45,544 nt of DNA from Thermomicrobiales bacterium (GTDB lineage Bacteria > Chloroflexota > Chloroflexia > Thermomicrobiales > CFX8). Each line of letters opens with the position of its first letter. Positions within the stretch are counted from its first letter, which is position 1. The DNA lies in NCBI GenBank assembly GCA_041751795.1, contig JBGSWU010000011.1, positions 1 through 45,544 on the forward strand, in the 5' to 3' direction. This document shows positions 1 through 8,647 of the stretch, in pieces. The translations under genes were made by a program, and so were the position numbers. Below the pieces are notes generated by a model. That model did not search any database and had not been told where the DNA came from. It saw only the letters and a list, made by a program, of their open reading frames with translations.

Positions 1-513
1 CGAAAGGCGGAAGAAGGCGTTCTCCTCCTCGATCAACTCCGGAACCGTCCCATGCTCCGGGCAGCGACCCTCAACGAGTTCGTCCTCCGTGTAGAACTGC
101 TCGCAGCCGACGCAGTAGAGGCCGCTGTAACTCTTCGTGTAGACGTCGTCAGCCGCGACCATCGCCTCCCAGATCTTTTTTGCGCCCTCGATATGCCGTG
201 GATCGACGCTGGTGCGCAGGAAGTCGTCGTTGGAGAGGTCGAGCGCGGCATAGAGATCTTGAAAGACCCGCACGTTGCGATCGACCAGTTCCTGGGTCGG
301 CATCCCCAACGCTTCAGCCGCCTGAACGTTTTTCAGCGAGTTCTCGTCTGACCCGGACAGGAAGAAGACATCGTCACCAGCCTGTCGGTGAAAGCGTGCG
401 TAGGCATCCGCCAGCACCGCCTCCAGTGCATGTCCAACGTGCGGCCTCCCGTTCACGTACGGGATCGCCTGGGCGATGAAATAGGCCGGCTCCGTGCCGG
501 ATGATGCGGTCAT
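1..513 (-). CDS. metG: Methionyl-tRNA synthetase, N-terminal part (3' end runs off the window)
   Basis: Absent from the ORF track because there is no stop inside the window. Reverse-strand translation from ATG 513-511 gives MTASSGTEPAYFIAQAIPYVNGRPHVGHALEAVLADAYARFHRQAGDDVFFLSGSDENS...GLYCVGCEQFYTEDELVEGRCPEHGTVPELIEEENAFFRLS. It has the class-I HxGH signature (HVGH) and the MetRS CxxC...CPxH knuckle. GGAGG lies 5 nt upstream of the ATG. Confidence 0.9.
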   Translation of the reverse strand, partial: MTASSGTEPAYFIAQAIPYVNGRPHVGHALEAVLADAYARFHRQAGDDVFFLSGSDENSLKNVQAAEALGMPTQELVDRNVRVFQDLYAALDLSNDDFLRTSVDPRHIEGAKKIWEAMVAADDVYTKSYSGLYCVGCEQFYTEDELVEGRCPEHGTVPELIEEENAFFRLS

Positions 514-703
514 TATGGCCTCCAGGGAGTTTCTACGAGGGTTCGGTGAAAACACAACGCAGGCTGGTGAGCCTGCGTATACACCCGATTGTCAGCGCCT
601 GCTGTTCAGCCGAATGGCGTAACACGCTTGAATGTGGCTGCAGTGTAGCATGGGGATCATTGCGACAAGCCGCGATCATCCTGAAATTTCTCACCGCAAA
701 GTG

Positions 704-734
704 ATGGCTGCCAACCGCATCGGTTGGCAGCCAT
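704..734 (-). terminator. Perfect 13-bp inverted repeat (ATGGCTGCCAACC / GGTTGGCAGCCAT, 5-nt loop) just downstream of the membrane-protein gene
   Basis: Read directly from the sequence. It lies 22 nt past the TAA at 756-758 on the minus strand. Only a weak T tract (CACTTTG) follows, so it may be a terminator or just a stabilising hairpin. Confidence 0.35.
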
Positions 735-755
735 AGTGGACCGTCGAGTCCGGTG

Positions 756-1154
756 TTAGCTGGGATCTGCCTCGCGGAACGCCTGACGAGAGGCCGGCAG
801 GGCGATCAGAGCGAGAATGACGAACCCGATCGGGATGAATACGATCAATCCGGCCAGGAGCCAGTTGCTCGGCGGATTGAAGAGCCCTGGGATCGAGGTA
901 AGCGTGTTGATCGCCGTTAATGCGAAGGTTAGGATCATCCCCCAGCGACGCAGGTTCCACATGCCCCAGGCTCCGACGAGCGATAACACTCCGGCGACGA
1001 TCCCGATGACGATCGCGAACGCGGGAATCTCGTCCGCTCCCGGCGCGAAGAACATCGGTATCGTCGCGAGTTGGGACACGACCGTCAGTAGAATGGCTGC
1101 CGTGACGGTTGCTGGCCGAACGACGGCTGGTCGGACTGATGCTGCAGTTGCCAT
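756..1154 (-). CDS. Small integral membrane protein (about 4 TM helices), no recognised family
   Basis: ORF 756..1184. The internal ATG at 1154 is preceded by GGAGG (TGGAGGTATAAACATG). Hydrophobic segments include AAILLTVVSQLATIPMFF, AFAIVIGIVAGVLSLVGAWGMW, MILTFALTAINTLTSI and LLAGLIVFIPIGFVILALIAL. Confidence 0.7.
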   Translation of the reverse strand: MATAASVRPAVVRPATVTAAILLTVVSQLATIPMFFAPGADEIPAFAIVIGIVAGVLSLVGAWGMWNLRRWGMILTFALTAINTLTSIPGLFNPPSNWLLAGLIVFIPIGFVILALIALPASRQAFREADPS

Positions 1155-1325
1155 GTTTATACCTCCAGTTTTGTGCGTCGACACGCGTCGATGCTATCTG
1201 GAAGCGACTGTATAGCTCCCGGTTTCCCAGTCGGAAGTGGAAAATATCCCAATCCGGTCGGGCAGTTGCTCCTGCTGTTATGGGGTTTCATTCCCGTCCG
1301 GATCGATGATGAAGATGAGGACGTC

Positions 1326-1982
1326 TCAGGGATGGCGGCGGCCGAGCCCCGCTTCCCGGGCGCGCTCGATTGCCTCGGCACGGTCGGCAACCTGCAGCTT
1401 GCTGAAGATGACAGAGACGTGGTTGCTGACGGTCTTGACTCTGATGCCGAGTTGCTGAGCGATGCGCGGGTTGGGGTATCCCTGCGCGATCCGCTCCAGA
1501 ATCTCGCGCTCGCGGTCCGTCAGCATCGGGAAGACTGCTACTGGCGCCGGTCGCGGATCGGAGAACAGCGTCAGGATGCGCGTTGCGACCGAGGGACTGA
1601 AGATGGCCGACCCACCGGCAACCGCGCGAATCCCGCCGAGCAGGTCGGCGTCTTCGGCGTCCTTCAGCACGAATCCCCGTGCCCCGGCCCGCAGCGCCAG
1701 AAAGACCGAGTCGTCATCCTGAAACAGGGTCACGACCAGGATCTTCACATCCGGCTGGTTCTCGAGAATGGCGCGGGACGCCTCGATGCCGCTCAGATCC
1801 GGCATCTGGAGGTCCATCACGATCACGTCGGGCACGAGCGCCGCTGCCGCTGCGATTGCCTCTCGCCCGGTCGATGCCTCTCCGACTACCTCAATATCCG
1901 GCGCCGTGCCGAGTACCGCTCGCATTCCGCGTCGAACAAGTGAATGATCGTCAACGATGAGGAGGCGGATTGTTTCAGTCAT
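1326..1982 (-). CDS. NarL/FixJ (LuxR-type HTH) response regulator
   Basis: MTETIRLLIVDDHSLVRRGMRAVL...VIVMDLQMPDLSG is the receiver domain. C-terminal LTDREREILERIAQGYPNPRIAQQLGIRVKTVSNHVSVIFSKLQV is the LuxR HTH. The ATG at 1982 overlaps the kinase stop (1975-1977) by 8 nt. Confidence 0.9.
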   Translation of the reverse strand: MTETIRLLIVDDHSLVRRGMRAVLGTAPDIEVVGEASTGREAIAAAAALVPDVIVMDLQMPDLSGIEASRAILENQPDVKILVVTLFQDDDSVFLALRAGARGFVLKDAEDADLLGGIRAVAGGSAIFSPSVATRILTLFSDPRPAPVAVFPMLTDREREILERIAQGYPNPRIAQQLGIRVKTVSNHVSVIFSKLQVADRAEAIERAREAGLGRRHP

Positions 1983-4065
1983 CGCCGTGCGCCTTTCGCG
2001 GCAACGGCAACTGGACCCGGATTGCCGTTCCACCAGCAGGGTGGGGAGCGATCAAGAAGGTGCCACCGAGTTCCGTCGCGCGTTCCCTCATCGAGAACAA
2101 TCCAATCCCTGCCTGGTAGCCCGATTCAATGCCTATGCCATTGTCCTCAATCTCAAGGAGCAGATCGTCGTCGATTGTCAGACGGACCACACACCAGCGT
2201 GCGTGGGCATGGTTGCTGACGTTCGCCAGCCCCTCCTCGACGATCCGGTAGACGGCGACTTCGACGGCGGCCGGCAGTTCGGGCAGGTGCGCCGGTAAAC
2301 CGAACTCCACGGTAAGGTCGCCAGTGTTGTACTGGCGCAGCCTTTCCTCGAGCGCGACCAGCAGGCCCAGCTCATCAATTGCCGGTGGACGCAGGCCGTG
2401 GACGAGTGTCCGGATCGACGTGATCGCCTTACGAAGCTGGGTTCGCAATTCGGCTATCTCGTCCTTGGCGGCGGCAGGGTCGGCGTCGATCAACGCTGGT
2501 AGCGCCCCCCATTGGAGATTGAGCGCTGCGAGTTGTGATCCCAGACCATCGTGCAGATCGCGTCGGAGCCGTCGCCGCTCCTCCTCCCGCGTTTCGACGA
2601 GGCGCTCGCGGGCCTGTTGCAACTCATGGGTCAGCTGGACGGCGTGGACGGCGATCCCTGCCTGCCGCGCCAAATCGTCCAGAAGCCGCAAGTCAGCCAT
2701 CCCGAACGCCTCGCCAGGCGAGCGTGGCGCGAGCATCAGCTCGCCGACCGGAATGTGCTGATAGACCAGCGGCAGCGTCACTGGATCGCGAACAGGTTCG
2801 CCACTCGCCACAGCATATGACGGCCCTGCTCCACCTGTCACCGCGATCGCTGCATAGGGAAGCTTGAGCGCCTCGCGGACCGTGCCGACGATTGTCGGCA
2901 GGACAGCATCGGGCGCCAGCGTGCTCTCCAGCCGCTGCCCCAGGCGGGCGATGACGGCATAGGGTTCATCGCGGTCGCCAAACAGCATCCGGCTGACCAG
3001 ACGCTGGATGTAGACGCGCAACGGGTGGAAGAGGACAGCGACGACTCCGGTCGCCACAAGTGAGAAAACCAGGTTGCCGTCCGAGCGAAACACGGTGCCG
3101 AGCCAGCCGACGATGAAGATGTAGATTGCGACGACGCAAGCGGTCAGCGCGAGGTAGACCAGTGCGCGATTGATGATGACGTCGATGTCCCAGAGATGGT
3201 AGCGCAGGATCGCGATCCCCATCGTGATCGGTATCAGCGCGTACGACAGCGAAAGCAGCGGACCGGTCACGAAGTAGGCCGGATTGTCGAACGCGCGTGC
3301 AACGAAATCGGCAACGAACGTTGCGACGAGCAGGACCATTGCAACAACGACCCAGGTGTACTGCTTACGGACCTCGCCCCGCGCGGCGCGAAAGCGTCCG
3401 ATCAGCAGCGTCACCGAGAGGATGCCGCAGACCCCGAGTATCAACACGCAGAGTCCGGCGTCGATAAAGGTGAGCGGCACGTCGAGCGGGCTAGGCGTTC
3501 GTTCGTAGATTTCCGGGAAGCCGGGCGGGACGACCTCGCCGGTCATTAGCGCTGATACCAGCCCAGCCGTCGTTAGAATCGTTAGACCCGCAACAACGCC
3601 GGTGCGTCGGTCTGTAATGCGGCCACTGGGAAACAGCAACACGGGATACATCGGAAAGAGCGCGATGACACCGATCCAGACGTTCGTCCATAGTCCGAGC
3701 GCCCCGCCCGGGAGATCGGGCCGTGTCTCCAGGCTGTAGACCGCCCAGGCAGCGCCGAGGGAGCCGATTTGCGCCAGCAACCCCATGCCAATAAAGAGCC
3801 AGCCGAGCCTGTTCCCCCGGCATCGGGTCGTGACGAGTGCGCCAACGACGCTGTAGGCGACAGCAGCGACGACCTGATACGGCTCGGCGATCTTCCAGAC
3901 GTCCTGGGCGTTGCGATTGAGGACTCCCAGGATCCCGATCGGCAGCAAAAGCGCACACACGATAGCGCAAATAACCCAGGGCAAGGTCGACGCCCACGAC
4001 CGGCGCTCCACGTCGAGGTTAAGGCTTTGGTAGGGCGCGCTGCGGTCGATCGGGGCAGTGTGCAT
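1975..4065 (-). CDS. Sensor histidine kinase: multi-TM N-terminus, GAF-like region, HisKA_3 dimerisation domain and HATPase
   Basis: H-box RLRRDLHDGLGSQLAAL and the N/G boxes (NVSNHA, DNGIGI, GIGLFSMRERA) are typical of NarX/DesK-type kinases. About 8-10 hydrophobic helices lie N-terminal. Start chosen at ATG 4065 (MHTAPIDRS...) because the 67 upstream codons of the track ORF (to 4266) are Arg/His-rich and unlike protein. No strong SD, so the start is uncertain. Confidence 0.85.
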   Translation of the reverse strand: MHTAPIDRSAPYQSLNLDVERRSWASTLPWVICAIVCALLLPIGILGVLNRNAQDVWKIAEPYQVVAAVAYSVVGALVTTRCRGNRLGWLFIGMGLLAQIGSLGAAWAVYSLETRPDLPGGALGLWTNVWIGVIALFPMYPVLLFPSGRITDRRTGVVAGLTILTTAGLVSALMTGEVVPPGFPEIYERTPSPLDVPLTFIDAGLCVLILGVCGILSVTLLIGRFRAARGEVRKQYTWVVVAMVLLVATFVADFVARAFDNPAYFVTGPLLSLSYALIPITMGIAILRYHLWDIDVIINRALVYLALTACVVAIYIFIVGWLGTVFRSDGNLVFSLVATGVVAVLFHPLRVYIQRLVSRMLFGDRDEPYAVIARLGQRLESTLAPDAVLPTIVGTVREALKLPYAAIAVTGGAGPSYAVASGEPVRDPVTLPLVYQHIPVGELMLAPRSPGEAFGMADLRLLDDLARQAGIAVHAVQLTHELQQARERLVETREEERRRLRRDLHDGLGSQLAALNLQWGALPALIDADPAAAKDEIAELRTQLRKAITSIRTLVHGLRPPAIDELGLLVALEERLRQYNTGDLTVEFGLPAHLPELPAAVEVAVYRIVEEGLANVSNHAHARWCVVRLTIDDDLLLEIEDNGIGIESGYQAGIGLFSMRERATELGGTFLIAPHPAGGTAIRVQLPLPRKAHGDD

Positions 4066-4321
4066 GGTGCTGATCCAGACGATCGCGATGAGACGGCGAT
4101 GGTGGCTCGTATGGCGCTCAGTGTAGTCGTGACTGTTCCTGATGAGAAGGGGGATTCTTCCCGGTCTCCCGGGATAGCGGTCCCGGGTAATCAGGCAGAT
4201 GTTTCTTCTCCCAATACGCGACGCACTCGTCGGCAGCACGACGTTCATCACGTGGCGGTGTACCATGGCGACTGTGGCACTCGTCTGTGGCGGGTTCGGG
4301 TTTCTCTTAAGGACGACGCGT

Positions 4322-5230
4322 ATGAAGTGCGATGCGGACGACGATATGCCGATTCCCTACATGCAGCGCACGCGTGACTATTATCTGGCGCTTGGTTACA
4401 ACAATCCGTACCGATGGGCGCACTTCGATGACGTGCCATTTGCGCCGCTGACGAAGCCGCTGGCGGAGTCGCGACTGGCACTGATCACGACGGCTGCGCC
4501 GTACCAGCCGGAGGCTGGCGACCAGGGGCCGGGGGCAACGCTCAACGCTGCGGTGAAGTTCTTCCGGGTCTATTCCGACTCGACCGACGCCGCACCCGAC
4601 CTTCGCATATCGCACATTGAATACGATCGCACCCACACAACTGCCAGCGATTCGAACACCTGGTATCCGCTGGCGCAATTACGACAGGCCGTCCATTCGG
4701 GGCGGCTTGGTGGCCTGACCGCTCGATTACACGGCGCGCCGACGAACCGCAGTCAGCGGATGACGATCGAGCAGGACGCGCCCGACCTTCTGGCTCGTTG
4801 CCGCGAGGATGGCGCTGATGTGGCCCTGCTCGTTCCTACCTGACCCGTTTGTCACCAGACCGTGGGTCTGGTTGCTCGCCACCTCGAAGCCAACGGCATT
4901 CCGACGGTCATCATTGGCTGCGCGCTGGATATCGTCGAGCATTGCGGTGTGCCACGCTATTTGTATAGCGACTTCCCGCTCGGTAACTCTGCAGGAAAGC
5001 CGAACGATGCTCAATCGCAGGCAGATACCCTCGAACTCGCGCTGCAACTTCTGGAAACCGCAACCGCGCCGCGAACGACCGTTCGCTCCCCACAACGCTG
5101 GAGCGACGATGCTTCATGGAAACGAGACTACAACGATCTCGATGTACTGACGCCCGACGAGATCGCCCGACGACGAACAGCGTTCGATGGTTCAAAAGCG
5201 ACGATCAAGCGGCTACAGGGACGAACCTGA
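4322..5230 (+). CDS. Glycine/sarcosine/betaine reductase component B / proline reductase PrdB-family protein, predicted selenoprotein (Sec encoded by TGA 4841-4843)
   Basis: Track ORFs 4199..4843 and 4862..5230 share a frame and are separated only by TGA 4841-4843. Read-through gives ...GADVALLVPT-U-PVCHQTVGLVARHLEANGIPTVIIGCALDIVEHCGVPRYLYSDFPLGNSAGKP. No SD precedes the GTG at 4862. Start ATG 4322 has AAGGAC upstream; ATG 4346 is an alternative. Confidence 0.75.
4854..4872 (+). promoter_or_regulatory. SECIS-like stem-loop downstream of the in-frame UGA
   Basis: ACCAGACC (4854-4861) pairs perfectly with GGTCTGGT (4865-4872). The apical loop is GUG, or CGUGG if the closing pair opens. The stem starts 10 nt after the UGA. 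Confidence 0.5.
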
Positions 5231-5237
5231 CCGGCGA

Positions 5238-6635
5238 TCAATCCTCGATCGTCGTGAACAGGTTGTTGAGCGATTCTGCAAACGTCGGATGTGCCAGAAC
5301 GGCATTCTGGACGACGGGATAGGGAAGCTTGCCCATCATCGCCAGTTGCACCATCGACATGATCTCGCCACCTTCGATGCCGAGAACCGTGCAGCCAAGG
5401 ATCTGTTTCGTGTCGGCATCGACGATGGCCTTCATGAACCCACGAGTCTCGTCGGTTTCGAGCGCCCGGGCGACCGAACTCATCTTCATCTTCGCGACCT
5501 TGAAGTTGCGTCCCTGCTCGCGTGCTTCGGATTCGCTGATGCCAACCCGCCCCAACTGGGGGTCGATGTACATGACGTATGGCACGAGTCGATCTGCGAT
5601 CGTGTCGTTACCACCTTCGATCAGGTTGGTTCGCAGCACTCGGAAGTCGTCGTACGAGACATGGGTGAAGGCCGGGCCACCTTTGACGTCGCCGACTGCG
5701 TAAATCCCGGGTGCCGTGGTTTCCAACCGCTCGTTTACCTCGACGTAGCCGCGATCGTTGGTCTGGACTCCGGCTGCCTCAAGGTTGAGCATGTCAGTGT
5801 TCGGTATTCGACCAACCCCGACAAGGAGATGTGATCCAGTCAGTTCGCGTTTGGAATCACCGACACTGACCGTCATCGTGATCTTGCCGTCCTGTCCGGA
5901 CGCGACCGTTTCTGCGGTCGCATCAAGCAGCACCTCGATCCCGTCTTCGCGCAGGATCTCGGCAACGGCTTCGGCAACATCATCGTCCTCGCGATTGACC
6001 AGTTTCCTGCCGCGCTGAACGACGGTGACATCGCTGCCGAAGCGCCGGAACATCTGCGCGAACTCGAGTGCCACGTAGCCACCGCCCAGCACGAGCAAGT
6101 GCTCAGGCACGTCGGCGAGTTCCATGATGCTCGTTGAGTCGAGATACTCAATCGTGTCCAGCCCATCAAGATCGGGGGTTCGCGGTCGCTCGCCAGTGTC
6201 GATGATAATCGTCGATGCGCTGAGGTGTTTGGTACCGCCATCGTTTAGCGCCACCTCGATCATTTTCGCTCCGGTGAAGCGCGCTTCACCCATGAGAAGA
6301 TCGACGTTTTCGGTGTTCTCAAGACCGCGCTCGCTTCCACTGCGGAAACTGTCGACGATGTCGCGCTTGCGCTTGCGGACGACTTCCATATCGACGGTTG
6401 GCGCGGGTATCTGCACGCCATAGTCGGCTGCGCGCCGCGCGAGGTGCGCGACCCGCGCGCTGGCGACCATCGTTTTCGTCGGGGTACAGCCGACGTTCAC
6501 GCAGGTTCCTCCAACGTGTTCTCTCTCGATCAGGGCGACGGTCTTTCCGGCTTTCGCGAAGGTGGTTGCCAATGGCCCCCCGCTCTGCCCGGATCCGATC
6601 ACAATGACATCGTAGGTCTGCCGGGGTGTGCTCAT
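5238..6635 (-). CDS. Class-I pyridine nucleotide-disulfide oxidoreductase (FAD/NAD(P), mercuric-reductase or dihydrolipoamide-dehydrogenase-like)
   Basis: MSTPRQTYDVIVIGSGQSGGPLA is the FAD GxGxxG motif. GGTCVNVGCTPTK is the redox-active CxxxxC. LLVLGGGYVALEF is the NAD(P) fold and a C-terminal dimerisation domain follows. AAGGAG precedes ATG 6635. No C-terminal Cys pair, so it is probably not a true MerA. Confidence 0.9.
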   Translation of the reverse strand: MSTPRQTYDVIVIGSGQSGGPLATTFAKAGKTVALIEREHVGGTCVNVGCTPTKTMVASARVAHLARRAADYGVQIPAPTVDMEVVRKRKRDIVDSFRSGSERGLENTENVDLLMGEARFTGAKMIEVALNDGGTKHLSASTIIIDTGERPRTPDLDGLDTIEYLDSTSIMELADVPEHLLVLGGGYVALEFAQMFRRFGSDVTVVQRGRKLVNREDDDVAEAVAEILREDGIEVLLDATAETVASGQDGKITMTVSVGDSKRELTGSHLLVGVGRIPNTDMLNLEAAGVQTNDRGYVEVNERLETTAPGIYAVGDVKGGPAFTHVSYDDFRVLRTNLIEGGNDTIADRLVPYVMYIDPQLGRVGISESEAREQGRNFKVAKMKMSSVARALETDETRGFMKAIVDADTKQILGCTVLGIEGGEIMSMVQLAMMGKLPYPVVQNAVLAHPTFAESLNNLFTTIED

Positions 6636-6804
6636 TCGTGTTCTCCTTGTCACGTCCTGCACCGATGGTTGCACGAAGGATGCCGCACCCGGTCTGCATT
6701 CTTCGTGAGCGGGATTACATCTGATCGCAGGGTTCAGGAAATTGGGATGAGCCGTGATCATCGGCACCTGGTTAGTCACCCGACGAATGATCCCGACGTG
6801 GCAT

Positions 6805-6847
6805 CGCCGGTGTGCGTCTGGTTCAGATCCCCAGACACACACCGGCG
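6805..6847 (-). terminator. 17-bp stem hairpin directly after the PEP-utilising enzyme stop
   Basis: On the minus strand CGCCGGUGUGUGUCUGG, a 9-nt loop, then CCAGACGCACACCGGCG (one G-U pair). It starts 15 nt after the TAA (6865-6863). No U tract, as with the other GC-rich hairpins here. Confidence 0.55.
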
Positions 6848-6862
6848 AGTGTTCAAACGTTG

Positions 6863-8572
6863 TTACCCTCGCGCGTCGCTATCCTGATCGCTCAGTATCC
6901 GGACAACGCCAGTGTCACCATCGACCTCGATGAGGTCGCCGTCGCGAATGACGGTTGTTGCGACGCCAGCGCCAACGACGGCAGGAATGCGGTACTCACG
7001 GGCGACGACGGCTGAATGACTCAGGACGCCACCTGTGTCGGTGACGACTGCCCCGGCTGTCGCAAAGAGTGGCGTCCAGGCAGGTGCAGTTGTTGGGGCG
7101 ACGAGGATGTCACCCTTCATGAGTCTACCGGCGTCCGCGAGCGACTCGACGACCCGCGCGATGCCCCGGACTGTTCCGGACGACCCGGAACTCCCTCGAA
7201 TCACGAGAATGCCGTCGGTGTGCTCCGGTTCGGGCGCGGGTGCACCAAAGAACTTTCCGATTGTCCGGCTGAGCGGATCTTCCGGCGGCGGTCCCGGCGG
7301 CAGTGTCCCGAGTGCCGGCGGCGTGACCTGACGGAAGTGCGCCATCTGCGCTGTCCGTACCGCAACGATGCCCTGTCGTTTGATGTGGGGCAGGAACGTC
7401 GCCGTATCACGGAGTTCCTGCGATGTCAGCATGAAGACGTCCTGGGGATCGTCCAGCACACCGGCCTCAGTGAACCGGCGACCGAACTCGAGCAACACCT
7501 GTCGAACCTGATAGATGGCCCCAAAGTCGATGTAGTAGTTGTGATCTTCACTGATGATCGTCGCCTGCTGGGCATAGTCGAGCATCGACTCGAACTTGTC
7601 GATCAAGTTCTGGGGATAGGCGCTGATTGGGACTCGAGCTTCCGCAACCAGACGTTCTCGCTCGGTAGCCAGCGATGCCATTTCGCTGTCGAAGTCGAGG
7701 TTTGGCTGGCTGATGTACTCCTGAAGCTGCCGGATGGCGTGGCTGGGATCTTCGATCCAGGTGATGAATCCGACGCCGAGTTTCTCACCGCGCCGTCCGT
7801 AGACATCGAGGAACGCGTGGAAGTCGGCCAGGAATGCCCGTCCCTCATTCGACTGTTCGAGGGCCGCGAAGACGTTTGACGCGCCTGACTCGGCGAGCGC
7901 GGCGGACAGCATCGGTGATCCCAGCACCTGGCGGCTCAGTTTCCAGAGGGCACGACCCATCTCGACCGTTTTGTTGTCGAAGCCCTGCATCAGCCGGTAG
8001 GCGACAAGGCCATTGTCGGTGCCGAACAGATCCTGGTACAGGTCATCGAACGTGCTCATCGCCATGTAGACCGGGAGTGTCTGGAGGAAGTGGATCTGCC
8101 AGACGCGGTTGTGACGGTCGTTCGTTTCACGTAGATGTGCCAGCAACTCCGACATTGACGCGTTTGTGAGATCGAAGGCTTCCCAGAACGCAAGGTGCTC
8201 CTATACTTCCGGAAGCCACTCGTTGTTCCAGAGCGTCGTCAGTTGTGCAATCGTCGCTTCCAGCCGTTGAATCCCTGCCTGCATCCGTGCGGGCATCTCG
8301 GACAGTTCGGCGACGGTCGGAACGACTGTGAAGTACCAGCGGTAGTTGATGTGTCGTGGGATGTACTTCAGTGGTACGCCGAACTCGATCAGCGACCAGT
8401 TGAACTGCAGATGGCTATCACGCATGTACTCGAAGTCCAACGGCGTGATTGGGTCCGGCCAGTGCATCCGTTCGACCTGCCAGAACTCATTGGCATCGTC
8501 AGGGTGTTCCCAGGTGACCGGAAAGTCGGTTGGGATGGGTAGAGGTTTTGGCGTGGGTTCCGCCGTGACCAT
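6863..8572 (-). pseudogene. PEP-utilising enzyme (swivel phosphohistidine mobile-domain protein) interrupted by one in-frame TAG at 8201-8203
   Basis: Track ORFs 8201..8572 and 6863..8155 share a frame (8572-8155=417). Read-through gives ...[40 protein letters not shown]... No SD precedes ATG 8155. The C-terminus ([16 protein letters not shown]...[48 protein letters not shown]) is the PEP-utilisers mobile domain with the phosphohistidine. Confidence 0.7.
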
Positions 8573-8647
8573 TGTGTCTCCACTTCGTTGTGAACCATCG
8601 CGGGCTTCATTGCCGGCGATGTGAAAGTTTGTGTGAGTCCGTCGAGC

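Noticed and set aside
4066-4266. N-terminal 67-codon extension of the histidine kinase ORF (track start 4266).
   Set aside because: The extension (MVHRHVMNVVLPTSASRIGRRNICLITRDRYPGRPGR...) is Arg/His-rich and has no hydrophobic or domain character. The membrane domain begins right after ATG 4065.
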